Positions 8,268 through 18,141 are shown, counted from the first letter of the stretch. The stretch: DNA of 32,000 nucleotides from Promethearchaeota archaeon (GCA_048938295.1 JBHLMI010000005.1:30001-62000), one strand, 5' to 3'. The notes: generated from the letters alone by a model not told the origin. A program made the numbers and translations.

Positions 8268-8884
8268 ATAAAGATATTTTTCGCACGGTTCTTGTCTTGA
8301 GCCCCCATACCGATGACGGAGAACTAGGGGCCGGAGGCACAATAGCAAGGCTTGTTGAAGGAGGAAGTGACGTTTCTTATTTCGCATTTTCTGCCCCGCA
8401 GAAAATTCTCCGAAAAGAATGTGAAGAAGCCCTTCAAGTTCTAGGTGTGGATAAGTTGACGATTTTTGATTTCAAAGCTAGATATTTTCATCACGCTAGA
8501 CAAGAGATCCTCGAGATACTTTACGATTACAATCAGAAGCATGAACCGCATCTCATTCTTACGCCCTCCACTAATGATTTGCATCAAGATCATCAAACCA
8601 TAACGAACGAAGCGCTGAGAGCATTTAAGTCAAGTTCCATCTTTGGCTATGAACTACCCTGGAATTTGATTGTTTCAAGGGAAAGTGCCTTTGTCTCCCT
8701 TGAAGAACGCCATGTTGTGGCAAAACTTAACTCATGCTGGAAATATCAAAGTCAGATTAAGCAAAAGAGAGCATATTTCGATAAGGATTATTTACGTAGT
8801 CTACTGCGATCGAAAGGTCTTAAGATACAAACCCAATATGCCGAAGCCTTTGAAGCAATCAAGCTGGTATTGAAAGAATTCTGA
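8264..8884 (+). CDS. PIG-L/LmbE family N-deacetylase
   Basis: LSPHTDDGELGAGGTI and DLHQDH metal motifs, FGYELPWN, YAEAF. 4-nt ATGA overlap with the ATP-grasp gene indicates translational coupling. Confidence 0.88.
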   Translation: MNKDIFRTVLVLSPHTDDGELGAGGTIARLVEGGSDVSYFAFSAPQKILRKECEEALQVLGVDKLTIFDFKARYFHHARQEILEILYDYNQKHEPHLILTPSTNDLHQDHQTITNEALRAFKSSSIFGYELPWNLIVSRESAFVSLEERHVVAKLNSCWKYQSQIKQKRAYFDKDYLRSLLRSKGLKIQTQYAEAFEAIKLVLKEF

Positions 8885-8909
8885 GACTCGAATGTAACGG
8901 TTTTGGACC

Positions 8910-10556
8910 TTATTTTGCGAGTCTTCGCATGAGAGAAATTACTCTATCAGTTGCTTTCCCATCGATTTTGTAGAGGTATTTATAAACAAAGTCAGAGCGC
9001 CTTTTAGAGAGTTGCCGATCAGTTTTTCCTTTTGCAAGTACATCCTCAATAACACCTCTGATCTTTTCTGCTTCATAGACTCCTATTGCTGCGCCTTCTT
9101 TGACCCACGGCAGGGGTTCAGTCAGCTTTGATAGATTTACAATAACGACGGGCTTATCCATGATAAGAGCTTCAAGGATAGTAGTCGAGTTCACAGATAG
9201 GAAAACATCACATGCAAAAATTGCTTCAATAGTGTCGGATTTTGGAGGTAAAACTAACACATCAGTTTCAAGTGAGTTCAGTTTTTCACTGAACCATTTT
9301 TCTGATTCATTTGGATGAGGTTTGACAACTATCTGAACTCCATCAATTGGCATTACGCTCTGTATAATATTAACAAAGAACTCCTCACGTAACCGTTCCA
9401 AGTGGAATGGTTGGGTAGCAAGCAAAACGAGTTTCTTCTTTGAATCTAGCTTGTTGCGTTTAAGAAAAACACTTCGATCATAGATTCGATTAGCGAAATA
9501 GAATACATCGTACCGTGGTTGACCAGAAACAACAACCTTTGATTTAGGATACGAACTGATTTTTGTCAGAATATCCTGAAATGATGGCCCAATTACAGAA
9601 GTACAGGACGGAAGCGGACAATAGGGGAAATGACTAAATTCCTGACGACTAATGTCTTCCTTTGCATACAGATAACCTATGTGATCTTTGGTTATTAGTC
9701 CATGCTGTTGGGCTAAGGAAGGAATTTGTTTCTTTTGACAAGCATAGATTAACGCCCGCTCAAAACCAACATATTCATTTTCGACTAACACAAGATCTGG
9801 ATTCTCTTTTTCGAGTAGGTCGAGACTTAACTCATAATATTGAACCATCAAGGGAAGATACACTTTGTAATAGTACTCGAAATCTGCTTGAAAAAGCGTG
9901 AAAACATCCTTCCCATGATACTGGAACGTATGCTTTCGTTTATTGTTTGCTTTCATTTTGGACAATTCAGCTGAAAACAATTCACGAGCTCTAAGGGTTT
10001 GGATTAATGATCTCCCTGTCAGGTACGACTCAAGAGGGGTAAATCGCCCAAGATGACGGCTTATCCGGGCATCCAATGCCATTTTGACAAATGAAAAGAA
10101 TGAGTAACCAAATGGATAGCTTGAAAAGAATTCAACTTCACCGGTTTTGGCTGATAACTTGCGAAGGATAGGGCCAAACAGTGAGTGGCCGCGAAGATAT
10201 TTTCCTGTTTTAATATCTCTGAAGCCTCTCCAATCAACCGTGTTAAAAGTGACAAAGACTTTCTTTTCCGCTCTTTTTCGTTTCACTCTCATTGGAAAAA
10301 AGAGTTTGGAAATAAAAGAGAACAAAATTACTGACAATATATATAATCGGCTTAGCCTCGATAAGATAAACTTACCAAGACTTCGTCTGTATTGTTTTTT
10401 CCCGGATTCAAAAACTATTGATAGGTCAAAAAAGAACCGATAGCGTAAGAACCACCAGAATGCAAGGTTATCATATTTGGTGGTATCAATGAGTGATGTG
10501 TTGGAATACACGTCTTTGTCTTTTAGAGTGTTAACCCATTGCAACAGACTTTGCAT
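8910..10556 (-). CDS. GT-B fold surface-carbohydrate transferase, candidate nonulosonate (CMP-sugar) transferase
   Basis: PDLVLVENE, AQQHG, GQPRYD, LLATQP, VVKPHP (9312-9323), SVNSTTILEALIMDKPV, DGKATDR. Lies beside the flippase and the neu genes. Confidence 0.6.
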   Translation of the reverse strand: MQSLLQWVNTLKDKDVYSNTSLIDTTKYDNLAFWWFLRYRFFFDLSIVFESGKKQYRRSLGKFILSRLSRLYILSVILFSFISKLFFPMRVKRKRAEKKVFVTFNTVDWRGFRDIKTGKYLRGHSLFGPILRKLSAKTGEVEFFSSYPFGYSFFSFVKMALDARISRHLGRFTPLESYLTGRSLIQTLRARELFSAELSKMKANNKRKHTFQYHGKDVFTLFQADFEYYYKVYLPLMVQYYELSLDLLEKENPDLVLVENEYVGFERALIYACQKKQIPSLAQQHGLITKDHIGYLYAKEDISRQEFSHFPYCPLPSCTSVIGPSFQDILTKISSYPKSKVVVSGQPRYDVFYFANRIYDRSVFLKRNKLDSKKKLVLLATQPFHLERLREEFFVNIIQSVMPIDGVQIVVKPHPNESEKWFSEKLNSLETDVLVLPPKSDTIEAIFACDVFLSVNSTTILEALIMDKPVVIVNLSKLTEPLPWVKEGAAIGVYEAEKIRGVIEDVLAKGKTDRQLSKRRSDFVYKYLYKIDGKATDRVISLMRRLAK

Positions 10557-10659
10557 CAGGTAACCACCGAAGAAATGCGAGTGAGTGCTTTTGCTTCGAG
10601 AAATGCCTTAGCAGTTTGTACTTATATAAAATCCCATGCACTTGGCGTCGTTTTTGGTT

Positions 10660-12189
10660 TCAGCCATCAGAAGCGATGATGTCGATATCTTCGCGAGGAT
10701 AGCCACCGATTCTTACGATCAAATCAACGATCCATTTTAACTTAGGTGAAATTACGCTTCTAATTATTATAATATCGTTAGATGGCAGAACCCGTAGTCG
10801 TAAGGCTGCAAAAACTGCTGCGAAAACTGAAACAACTGATAAAATTACGGAAAGAATAATGTCAAAACCTAATAACGTTGAAGCAATGCCCATTGCTAAT
10901 ACAATTAGCATTGGTATGAACAACTTGATCCAAAACAAGCCCAATGAGACTTCTTTTCTGAGATAAATGCCCACAATAAAGGCTAAAAGTAATTCAGAGA
11001 GGAGAACCGCAAAAGCCACTCCAATTAAGCCGAACCCAGCTAGAAGTGTTACAAAAATTAGCTTGAATGCCAACAGGCCACCCCACATGAATGGAACAAT
11101 TCTTGGTTTTCCAGCAGCTTGACGACCAAGTAGTAATAGAATAATGATGAGATCGAAGAAGGATGCGATTGCGAGAATCGTCAGGAGAGGACCAGATCCA
11201 AGATATCTTGGTCCAATGAACAGCAAGGCTAAAGGTTCCCCGAATGCAGCTACAGCGAGATAAATCGGAGCAGATATCACTAGCACAAATCGTAAAACTG
11301 CAGTATGAGCATTATGCATACGTGTAAGACTAATCCCAACAAGCATGCTCAGGATCGCAACAATTCCAGCAATTAAACTCACAGCAAAATCATACAAGCC
11401 CCCTGTAATACGAACTACCAAGAAGTATTGGGCAAGTTCTTCTGGTGTTAACAGAGCTAAGACATATAATTGATCGAAGTACCGACCAAGTAAGCGGATA
11501 ACTGAAGCTCCGAAAATTGATAACCCAAACGTAAGGTAAGTGGCGGTTGGAAGACCATCGGTGAGTCGGGCTCCGGAGAAGTATTTTGTAATTAGAACGA
11601 CCCCGATTACTACAAAGATAGCTGTACTAAGTATCCAACCAAAAATTATCCCAACAAAACTCATTAGGAGGAAGAGTAGGCCCAGAGAGAGGCCCCATGA
11701 CAGATACCGTCTGAGATTAGAAAAGACTACAGCCCTATCTGTTTCAACCATGCTGTTCAATGAGTCTGATTCAGATCGGAGCAATAGCTGAAGGATGATA
11801 TAGGTAACGAGAAGCCCACTCCACATGAAAAGGTTAACGAAGAAGAACGTGTTCAAAACGAAGAAGGACATGAAGGTAAGGACTAGGCTTAATGGGATAC
11901 TCACAGTGTAAAAAACAATCAATCCTTTAGCCAGTATGCCTTTCGCTGCATCAGTTTCCCCTTTACCAATGCTCGAAGAGGTCTTCTGAGTTATCGTGTA
12001 TGTAATACCAAAAATCGCAACTCCTTCAATCACTGTAGATAGTGTCACCAGAGCTGCGATAGTGGCCATCTCTGATTCTAACAGGACATCAGCAAGTATC
12101 CTGCCATAGAAGATATTGATAATAAAACCTACAATTGTGAGGAAAAAGCTGAATGCAGCTGTTCTAGCATAGGTTCGTCGAATTGCCAT
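10660..12189 (-). CDS. Oligosaccharide flippase (Wzx/MOP superfamily)
   Basis: Many hydrophobic segments (roughly 13-14 by eye), N-terminal YARTAAFSFFLTIVGFIINIFYGRIL, FDQLYVLALL.PEELAQYFLV (cf. D..i.g.flg...vG.Y), glycan-locus context. Confidence 0.8.
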   Translation of the reverse strand: MAIRRTYARTAAFSFFLTIVGFIINIFYGRILADVLLESEMATIAALVTLSTVIEGVAIFGITYTITQKTSSSIGKGETDAAKGILAKGLIVFYTVSIPLSLVLTFMSFFVLNTFFFVNLFMWSGLLVTYIILQLLLRSESDSLNSMVETDRAVVFSNLRRYLSWGLSLGLLFLLMSFVGIIFGWILSTAIFVVIGVVLITKYFSGARLTDGLPTATYLTFGLSIFGASVIRLLGRYFDQLYVLALLTPEELAQYFLVVRITGGLYDFAVSLIAGIVAILSMLVGISLTRMHNAHTAVLRFVLVISAPIYLAVAAFGEPLALLFIGPRYLGSGPLLTILAIASFFDLIIILLLLGRQAAGKPRIVPFMWGGLLAFKLIFVTLLAGFGLIGVAFAVLLSELLLAFIVGIYLRKEVSLGLFWIKLFIPMLIVLAMGIASTLLGFDIILSVILSVVSVFAAVFAALRLRVLPSNDIIIIRSVISPKLKWIVDLIVRIGGYPREDIDIIASDG

Positions 12190-12329
12190 CGTAAGTTCAT
12201 CTAATCAACCGAATGCGTAGAGGTCATGGTTTTGACTCTTACGATTCCCACTCTTTTTATTTCTTTATTTCAAGATATTCGAGAAAGCAATGCTTATTAT
12301 TCTGAATGAGAATGAAAACACGCCCTTAA

Positions 12330-12348
12330 TATTTAGAATGTCTAAATA
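12330..12348. promoter_or_regulatory. 8-bp inverted repeat next to a TATA-like element in the flippase/dehydratase divergent region
   Basis: TATTTAGA-ATG-TCTAAATA overlaps the end of TTAATATT (12326-12333), about 45 bp upstream of TTG 12392 (SD GGAGG at 12379-12383). Confidence 0.4.
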
Positions 12349-12391
12349 GGAGAAACCCACTTACTATACTTCCTGATGGGAGGCACTTTCC

Positions 12392-13336
12392 TTGAGTAAA
12401 TCAAAGAAAAAAGCTAAGGAAACTAAACCCGCCATCCTCGTTACGGGTGGAGCAGGTTCGATTGGAGCAGCGTTGACAGAACACTTGGTTAACACCATGG
12501 GTAAAGAATACACGATTCGTGTCTTTGACAACAACGAGTATGGAATCTGGTATCTACGGGAAAAGCTCAAGAATCCGAATCTGCGGTTTCTCGTTGGGAA
12601 TGTTCGAGACTATGCCCGTCTAAAGGAAGCCATGTTTGGGGTTAAGCATGTTTTTCATTGCGCGGCGTTGAAGCATGTGGCTCTTTGTGAGTTCAATCCA
12701 TTTGATGCGGTAGAGACCAATGTTATTGGTACACAGAACACTATCCGTGCCGCCTTCGACACATCAACAGTCGAAAAGTTCCTCTACATCAGTACTGACA
12801 AAGCGGTCAACCCGACCAGCATGATGGGGGCCAGCAAACTCATCGGGGAACGACTTATTCTAGCAGCCAACTACATTAAGGGTGATAGGAACATCATGTT
12901 AAGTTCAGCCCGTTTTCCCAATGTTATGGAAACAGCTGGGAATGTCTTTGAAGCGTGGGATTTCCAGTATCGAACCACAGGCACAATACTTGTGCGAGAT
13001 CCCGAGATGACACGATACTTCATCCACATCGACAGAGCAGTCGACTTTCTTATGGAGTCCTTTAACTTCATGAAAGGTGGAGAAATCTTCTTTCCTGCGC
13101 TCACCAAAAAGGACCAACAACGCATCATTGATGTAGCCAAAGACTGGTTGAAACAAAAGCAGTATGATGATGCAAAGATTGTTTACGGTACACCCGAGTT
13201 CGGAGAGAAGAAAGAGGAGGAACTTCATACCAAACCGGAAACGCCTTACGTGATTAAGGCATCCCCAACTCTCTACGTAATTCGTCCACCCACCTACGAT
13301 TTCTCACAGTGGAAGGCCAAGGACGAATCGAAGTAG
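12392..13336 (+). CDS. Soluble UDP-N-acetylhexosamine 4,6-dehydratase (CapD/PglF/LegB-like)
   Basis: TGGAGSIG, HCAALKHV..CEFNP..AVETNVIGT, STDKAVNP, MGASK, DPEMTRYF. Confidence 0.85.
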   Translation: MSKSKKKAKETKPAILVTGGAGSIGAALTEHLVNTMGKEYTIRVFDNNEYGIWYLREKLKNPNLRFLVGNVRDYARLKEAMFGVKHVFHCAALKHVALCEFNPFDAVETNVIGTQNTIRAAFDTSTVEKFLYISTDKAVNPTSMMGASKLIGERLILAANYIKGDRNIMLSSARFPNVMETAGNVFEAWDFQYRTTGTILVRDPEMTRYFIHIDRAVDFLMESFNFMKGGEIFFPALTKKDQQRIIDVAKDWLKQKQYDDAKIVYGTPEFGEKKEEELHTKPETPYVIKASPTLYVIRPPTYDFSQWKAKDESK

Positions 13337-13386
13337 TTTCAAATCTATGGCATTATTAAGATAACTTATTCAAAGGAGACATTGGA

Positions 13387-14094
13387 ATGAAGATATTAGC
13401 TACAATCTGTGCACGAGGAGGATCCAAAGGAGTTCCTAATAAAAATATCAGAAATCTTGCAGGTAAACCGTTAATCTCATACACAATTTCTGTTTTGAAG
13501 AAATGGGGACAGGCATCGAACATCATCACCTCAACGGATTCGCTTGAAATTGCTCGAGTAGCCAATGCGTATGGTGCAGAAACTCCCTTCTTACGACCAA
13601 AAGAGATGGCAACTGATACAGCACCAAAAATGCCTGCAATCCAACATGCACTAAAATTCTGTGAAGAACATTACAATACAAAATATGATATCGTTGTTGA
13701 TCTTGACCCAACAGCCCCTATACGGACTGTGAATAATTTAACTGAAGCCTTAGGAAAATTCATCCAAACTGAAGCTCAAGTCCTTTATAGTGTCACAGTC
13801 GCGAAAAAGAACCCATATTTCAATATGGTGGAACTTGATGAACATGGCAATGCCCATCTGTCGAAAACCCTTGAATCTGAATACTTCCGAAGGCAAGATG
13901 CACCAATAGTGTATGCGATCAATGGTTCAATCTATGTTTTTGACCGAGACTTTCTAATTGACGCGAAAAGTTTGCATTGTGAGAGAGAGAAAGTCTATAT
14001 TATGGATCAGATTGCATCTGTGGATGTTGACAGAGAAATTGACTTTCAATTCATTGAGTTCCTAATTGAAAGGGGCTATTTTCAATTTGATTAA
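13387..14094 (+). CDS. neuA: CMP-nonulosonic acid synthetase (acylneuraminate cytidylyltransferase)
   Basis: ICARGGSKGVPNKNIR.LAGKPLI, TSTDS, FLRPKEMATD, PTAPIR, INGSIY, SVDVD..IDF. Confidence 0.92.
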   Translation: MKILATICARGGSKGVPNKNIRNLAGKPLISYTISVLKKWGQASNIITSTDSLEIARVANAYGAETPFLRPKEMATDTAPKMPAIQHALKFCEEHYNTKYDIVVDLDPTAPIRTVNNLTEALGKFIQTEAQVLYSVTVAKKNPYFNMVELDEHGNAHLSKTLESEYFRRQDAPIVYAINGSIYVFDRDFLIDAKSLHCEREKVYIMDQIASVDVDREIDFQFIEFLIERGYFQFD

Positions 14095-14114
14095 CCTACA
14101 ATAGTTGGATAAAA

Positions 14115-15164
14115 ATGACTTACAGGATCAAAGTCGGAACAAAATACATCGGCAAAGCTGAACCAGTGTACATCATTGCTGAGGCGGGAGTCAATCACAA
14201 TGGCGATTTTAAGCTAGCAAAACAACTGGTTGATTCAGCAAAGGAAATCGGGGCTGATGCTGTTAAATTTCAAACATTCAAAGCTGACGATTTAGTCACT
14301 AGCAAAGCTGAAATGGCAGACTATCAGAAGAGACACCTCAAGGATGGAGCTAGCCAATATGAGATGATAAAGCGTTTAGAACTCGATTATGATGACTTCC
14401 GCAAGTTAAAGAAATACTGTGATGAAAAGGGAATTCAATTTCTTTCGACACCACACTCTCCCAGTGCCGTAGGCTTTTTAGATCCACTTGTTCCTGTCTT
14501 TAAAATTGCCTCTGGAGATCTAACCAATCTGCCGTTTCTTGAGCTTGTCGCATCATGTAACAAAGCGATTATATTATCCACTGGAATGGCAACTCTCGAT
14601 GAAGTCAGCGAGGCCGTACACGTAATCAGAGACAAAGGTGTCAATCAGCTGGTCTTAATGCACTGCGTAAGCAATTATCCAGCATCATTAGAAACAATCA
14701 ACCTTCGAGCAATGCTGTCACTACAAAAAGCCTTTGGAGTGCTAGTTGGTTACTCGGATCACACAATCGGATTTGAAGCTTCAGTTGCAGCGGTGGCTCT
14801 TGGGGCTTGTGTTATTGAAAAACATTTCACCCTTGATAATAGCTTACCAGGACCTGATCACAAGGCTTCAATGGAACCAAGGCAATTTGCTAAGTTGGTG
14901 CGGATTTTGAGAGGTATTGAAAAAGCATTAGGAGATGGCGTTAAGAAGCCAACAGAATCTGAAATGAAAAACCGGGAAGTTGCTAGAAAAAGCCTCATCG
15001 CTAGGATGGATATCCCAAAGGGTTCAACCATAACCGATAAAATGATTGAAATAAAGCGCCCAGGCACTGGAATTAAACCGAAGCATTTGAAGGACGTACT
15101 TGGGAAGAAGGCGAAAATCACAATAAAACGCGAACAAATACTAAACTGGGAGATGCTTGAGTAA
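14115..15164 (+). CDS. neuB: Nonulosonic acid synthase (NeuB/LegI family) with C-terminal SAF/AFP-like domain
   Basis: IIAEAGVNHNG, GADAVKFQ, FLSTP, KIASGD, LSTGM, HCVSNYP, GYSDHT, IEKHFTLD, GPDH, KRPGTG. Confidence 0.95.
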   Translation: MTYRIKVGTKYIGKAEPVYIIAEAGVNHNGDFKLAKQLVDSAKEIGADAVKFQTFKADDLVTSKAEMADYQKRHLKDGASQYEMIKRLELDYDDFRKLKKYCDEKGIQFLSTPHSPSAVGFLDPLVPVFKIASGDLTNLPFLELVASCNKAIILSTGMATLDEVSEAVHVIRDKGVNQLVLMHCVSNYPASLETINLRAMLSLQKAFGVLVGYSDHTIGFEASVAAVALGACVIEKHFTLDNSLPGPDHKASMEPRQFAKLVRILRGIEKALGDGVKKPTESEMKNREVARKSLIARMDIPKGSTITDKMIEIKRPGTGIKPKHLKDVLGKKAKITIKREQILNWEMLE

Positions 15165-15245
15165 CCATTGATCATCTCAAAAAGAGAATTATAGTGTTTA
15201 ATGGCGTAATTATGTGTCTGCAATTTTGATTGAGGTTACGTTTGA

Positions 15246-16232
15246 ATGAGTTTCAAATCCAAAGATATAAGGAGTTACGAAAGTGGGGATGAGAAAGAGA
15301 TACTAGAATTATTCGAAAGAGTATTTGAAAGAAAAATGTCACTTAATTTTTGGAATTGGAGATTCAGAGATAACCCTTGGGCAAAAGGCATTATAACCTT
15401 AGCATGGGATCAATCTGTCTTAGCTAGTCATTATGCAGTAATGCCAGTTCAAGTCCAGGTCCAAAACACGTTGATTAAAGCCGTTTTCTCAATGACAACT
15501 ATGACCCATCCCGAATATCGTGGGAAGGCCTTGTTTCCTAGATTAGCAAGACGAACCTATGAGACATCGAATGATTTGGGCTATAAACTCGTGTATGGAT
15601 TTCCAAATGCAATTAGCCATGGCGTATTTGTTAAAAAATTACGATGGTATGACCTGGGAAATGTACCGATTTACAGTCTGGACATATCTTGTATCCCTGA
15701 ATTTCTGAAACTTACAGATCCAAGTATCACTTCTGAGAAGATCACATCATTTAATGATGGCGTAGATGAATTATGGAACGCTACTAGAACTAATTTCCCT
15801 ATAGCTGTTCCACGGACCAAAATGTTCTTGAATTGGCGTTTTGCGGACCACCCAGAAATTGAGTACCCCATGTTTCTATTAAAGAATGGAAAAGGAGAAT
15901 TGATAGGCTATTATATTCTAAAGATATTCAAATCTGGCAGAGAAAAAAAAGGACATATAATTGATTACCTTCTCCTCGATACTGTTCTGTTTAGGGATGT
16001 TTTGATTTATGCAAGCGATTTTTTCACCAACTTAGGAATTCAGGATGTGTCTTTTTGGATGAATCAGTCCCTATTTCAAGCTCTAGAACCTGAAATACAA
16101 AAGGTGATTAAAAGGCATTTAATGTCGGAAGTATTTTTTGGAGGTTTATTGTTCGAAAACTTTGAGGGTTCAGAACTTTTCAAGGAATTTCACAATTACT
16201 ATATCACTATGGCTGATTCTGATGTATTCTAA
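15246..16232 (+). CDS. GNAT-family acyltransferase (two-domain)
   Basis: FWNWRFRDNP, TMTHPEYRGKALF (acyl-CoA motif A), LVYGFPN, RTKMFLNWRF.DHP. Confidence 0.8.
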   Translation: MSFKSKDIRSYESGDEKEILELFERVFERKMSLNFWNWRFRDNPWAKGIITLAWDQSVLASHYAVMPVQVQVQNTLIKAVFSMTTMTHPEYRGKALFPRLARRTYETSNDLGYKLVYGFPNAISHGVFVKKLRWYDLGNVPIYSLDISCIPEFLKLTDPSITSEKITSFNDGVDELWNATRTNFPIAVPRTKMFLNWRFADHPEIEYPMFLLKNGKGELIGYYILKIFKSGREKKGHIIDYLLLDTVLFRDVLIYASDFFTNLGIQDVSFWMNQSLFQALEPEIQKVIKRHLMSEVFFGGLLFENFEGSELFKEFHNYYITMADSDVF

Positions 16233-16321
16233 TAGCCAATCCAGCAGAATTCAAAATTCTTTTACTTAGTTGATTTACACATTACCTAGAGTTAGAAACT
16301 AACAGGGAAGAGAGTGTAAAG

Positions 16322-16990
16322 ATGAAGAATGTAATAATCATATCTGCCCATCCAGATGACGAAACTTATGGTGCGGGAGGAACCATTGCCAAACTATGTT
16401 CAAGAGGAGTGCATGTTGAATTAGTGATTTACACGAAAGCGTTTCCTCCTGAGTGGGACGAAGACGAAATAGAAAAACGGAAAAAAGAAGCTTTAGCGGC
16501 GGCAAAGGTTTTGGGAATAAAAGAAGTGCATTTTCTTGGATATTTGACTACTAAGTTGGATGTTACACCTCTTAGAGACTTAATTGACGATTTGAATCAA
16601 ATTCTAAAAACAAGAAATGCAGATACTCTTTTCTTACCATTCATAGGAGACATGCACCAAGATCATAGACGATTATTTGAAGTAGGAGTAAGCGTAGCAA
16701 AACCCACACCAGAGCAAACCCTTAGAAGAATACTGTCATATGAAACTCTATCCTCAACTGAATATGGTACACCGATTTTTGAGACCCCCTTTATTCCGAA
16801 CTACTATGTGAACATCAAAGAGCACTTGGATGATAAAATCTCAGCTGTATCCTGCTATAAATTAGAACTGAGGGAATATCCTCACCCACGGTCAATTGAA
16901 GGCGTAAAAACAAAGGCGAAAGCCCGAGGAATGGAAGTTGGGCTAGAGTTCGCTGAAGCGTTTAAAATATTGAGGTGGGTTTCTGAGTGA
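16322..16990 (+). CDS. PIG-L/LmbE family N-deacetylase
   Basis: SAHPDDETYGAGGTI, DMHQDH, LSYETLSSTE, YPHPRS, AEAF. 4-nt overlap with neuC. Confidence 0.9.
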   Translation: MKNVIIISAHPDDETYGAGGTIAKLCSRGVHVELVIYTKAFPPEWDEDEIEKRKKEALAAAKVLGIKEVHFLGYLTTKLDVTPLRDLIDDLNQILKTRNADTLFLPFIGDMHQDHRRLFEVGVSVAKPTPEQTLRRILSYETLSSTEYGTPIFETPFIPNYYVNIKEHLDDKISAVSCYKLELREYPHPRSIEGVKTKAKARGMEVGLEFAEAFKILRWVSE

Positions 16991-18141
16991 AAAAAATCTG
17001 TGTTATAACAGGTTCAAGAGCAGATTATGGAATAACCAAGATATTGCTCAAGAAAATTCAAGAAAATGCTAAATTGGACTTATCAATCATTGCCACCGGG
17101 ATGCATTTAGATCCAGCCTATGGATATACTGTGAATGATATCAAAAATGATGGATTCACGATAGATTATGAAGTCGATATGTTGTTTGGTGATAGGACCC
17201 GAGCTTCATTAGCGAAATCACTAGGCACTGGCATCATTGGAATCACCCAGTCCCTTGAAAAACTGGAACCTGATTTGGTGATCCTTTTTGGAGATAGGCC
17301 GGAGATGCTCTCTGCGGCAATTGCCTCCGTTTATTTACAAATTTTGACTGCGCACATTCAGGGGGGTGATCATGCTGCGGGATACCACATTGATGATTCT
17401 AACAGACTCGCTATTTCTAAATTAGCGCACATTCATTTCCCGGCCATTGAAGAACATAAGAAGTATTTACTTCAAATCGGTGAAGCCCCAAGCAGGATTC
17501 ATGTTGTGGGAAGCTTGGGATTAGATGAAATTATTCAACTGCAAAGTACTCTCACAGAGAACGAAGAACGAGAAATTGCCAAGAAGTATGAAATTAATTT
17601 CGATAAGCCTTTCATTATTGTCATTAACCATCCCGTGTATACTGAGATGGAAAAAGCTCGAAGCCAAATGAGTACTATCCTAAGGGCTCTTGAAGATTTG
17701 AAAATCGATTCAATAGTGATTTACCCGAGTGGTGACCCTGGAAGCGAAGATATAATTTCAGTTTTAAGCGACTATGAAAACAGAATCTCATGGATTCACT
17801 CCTACAAATCTATTCCACGCAGGGATTTCTTGATATTAATGCATCTAGCTTCCGTTATGGTGGGTAATTCAAGTGCAGGAGTAATTGAAACGGCCTCTGC
17901 TGGGTTGCCTTCAGTAAATATTGGACATCGGCAAGAAGGTAGAATTACACCTCTCAATGTAATCAATGTCGAATACGACGTTGAGAGTATTAAGAGTGCC
18001 ATAAAGAGAGCATTAGATGAGGACTTTAAAGAGCAATCAAAGAAGACGGTTAACCCCTATGGAGATGGTAAGGCTTCAGATAGAATCATCAAAATCTTGC
18101 AAAACCTGAAGGATGCTCAACAATATCTAATAAAATATTAG
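16987..18141 (+). CDS. neuC: Hydrolysing UDP-N-acetylhexosamine 2-epimerase (NeuC/LegG family)
   Basis: ITGSRADYG, TGMHL, GDRPE, AHIQGGD, R.AISKLAHIHF, HPV, GNSSAG..E, NIGHRQEGR, NPYGDG. Confidence 0.92.
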   Translation: MKKICVITGSRADYGITKILLKKIQENAKLDLSIIATGMHLDPAYGYTVNDIKNDGFTIDYEVDMLFGDRTRASLAKSLGTGIIGITQSLEKLEPDLVILFGDRPEMLSAAIASVYLQILTAHIQGGDHAAGYHIDDSNRLAISKLAHIHFPAIEEHKKYLLQIGEAPSRIHVVGSLGLDEIIQLQSTLTENEEREIAKKYEINFDKPFIIVINHPVYTEMEKARSQMSTILRALEDLKIDSIVIYPSGDPGSEDIISVLSDYENRISWIHSYKSIPRRDFLILMHLASVMVGNSSAGVIETASAGLPSVNIGHRQEGRITPLNVINVEYDVESIKSAIKRALDEDFKEQSKKTVNPYGDGKASDRIIKILQNLKDAQQYLIKY

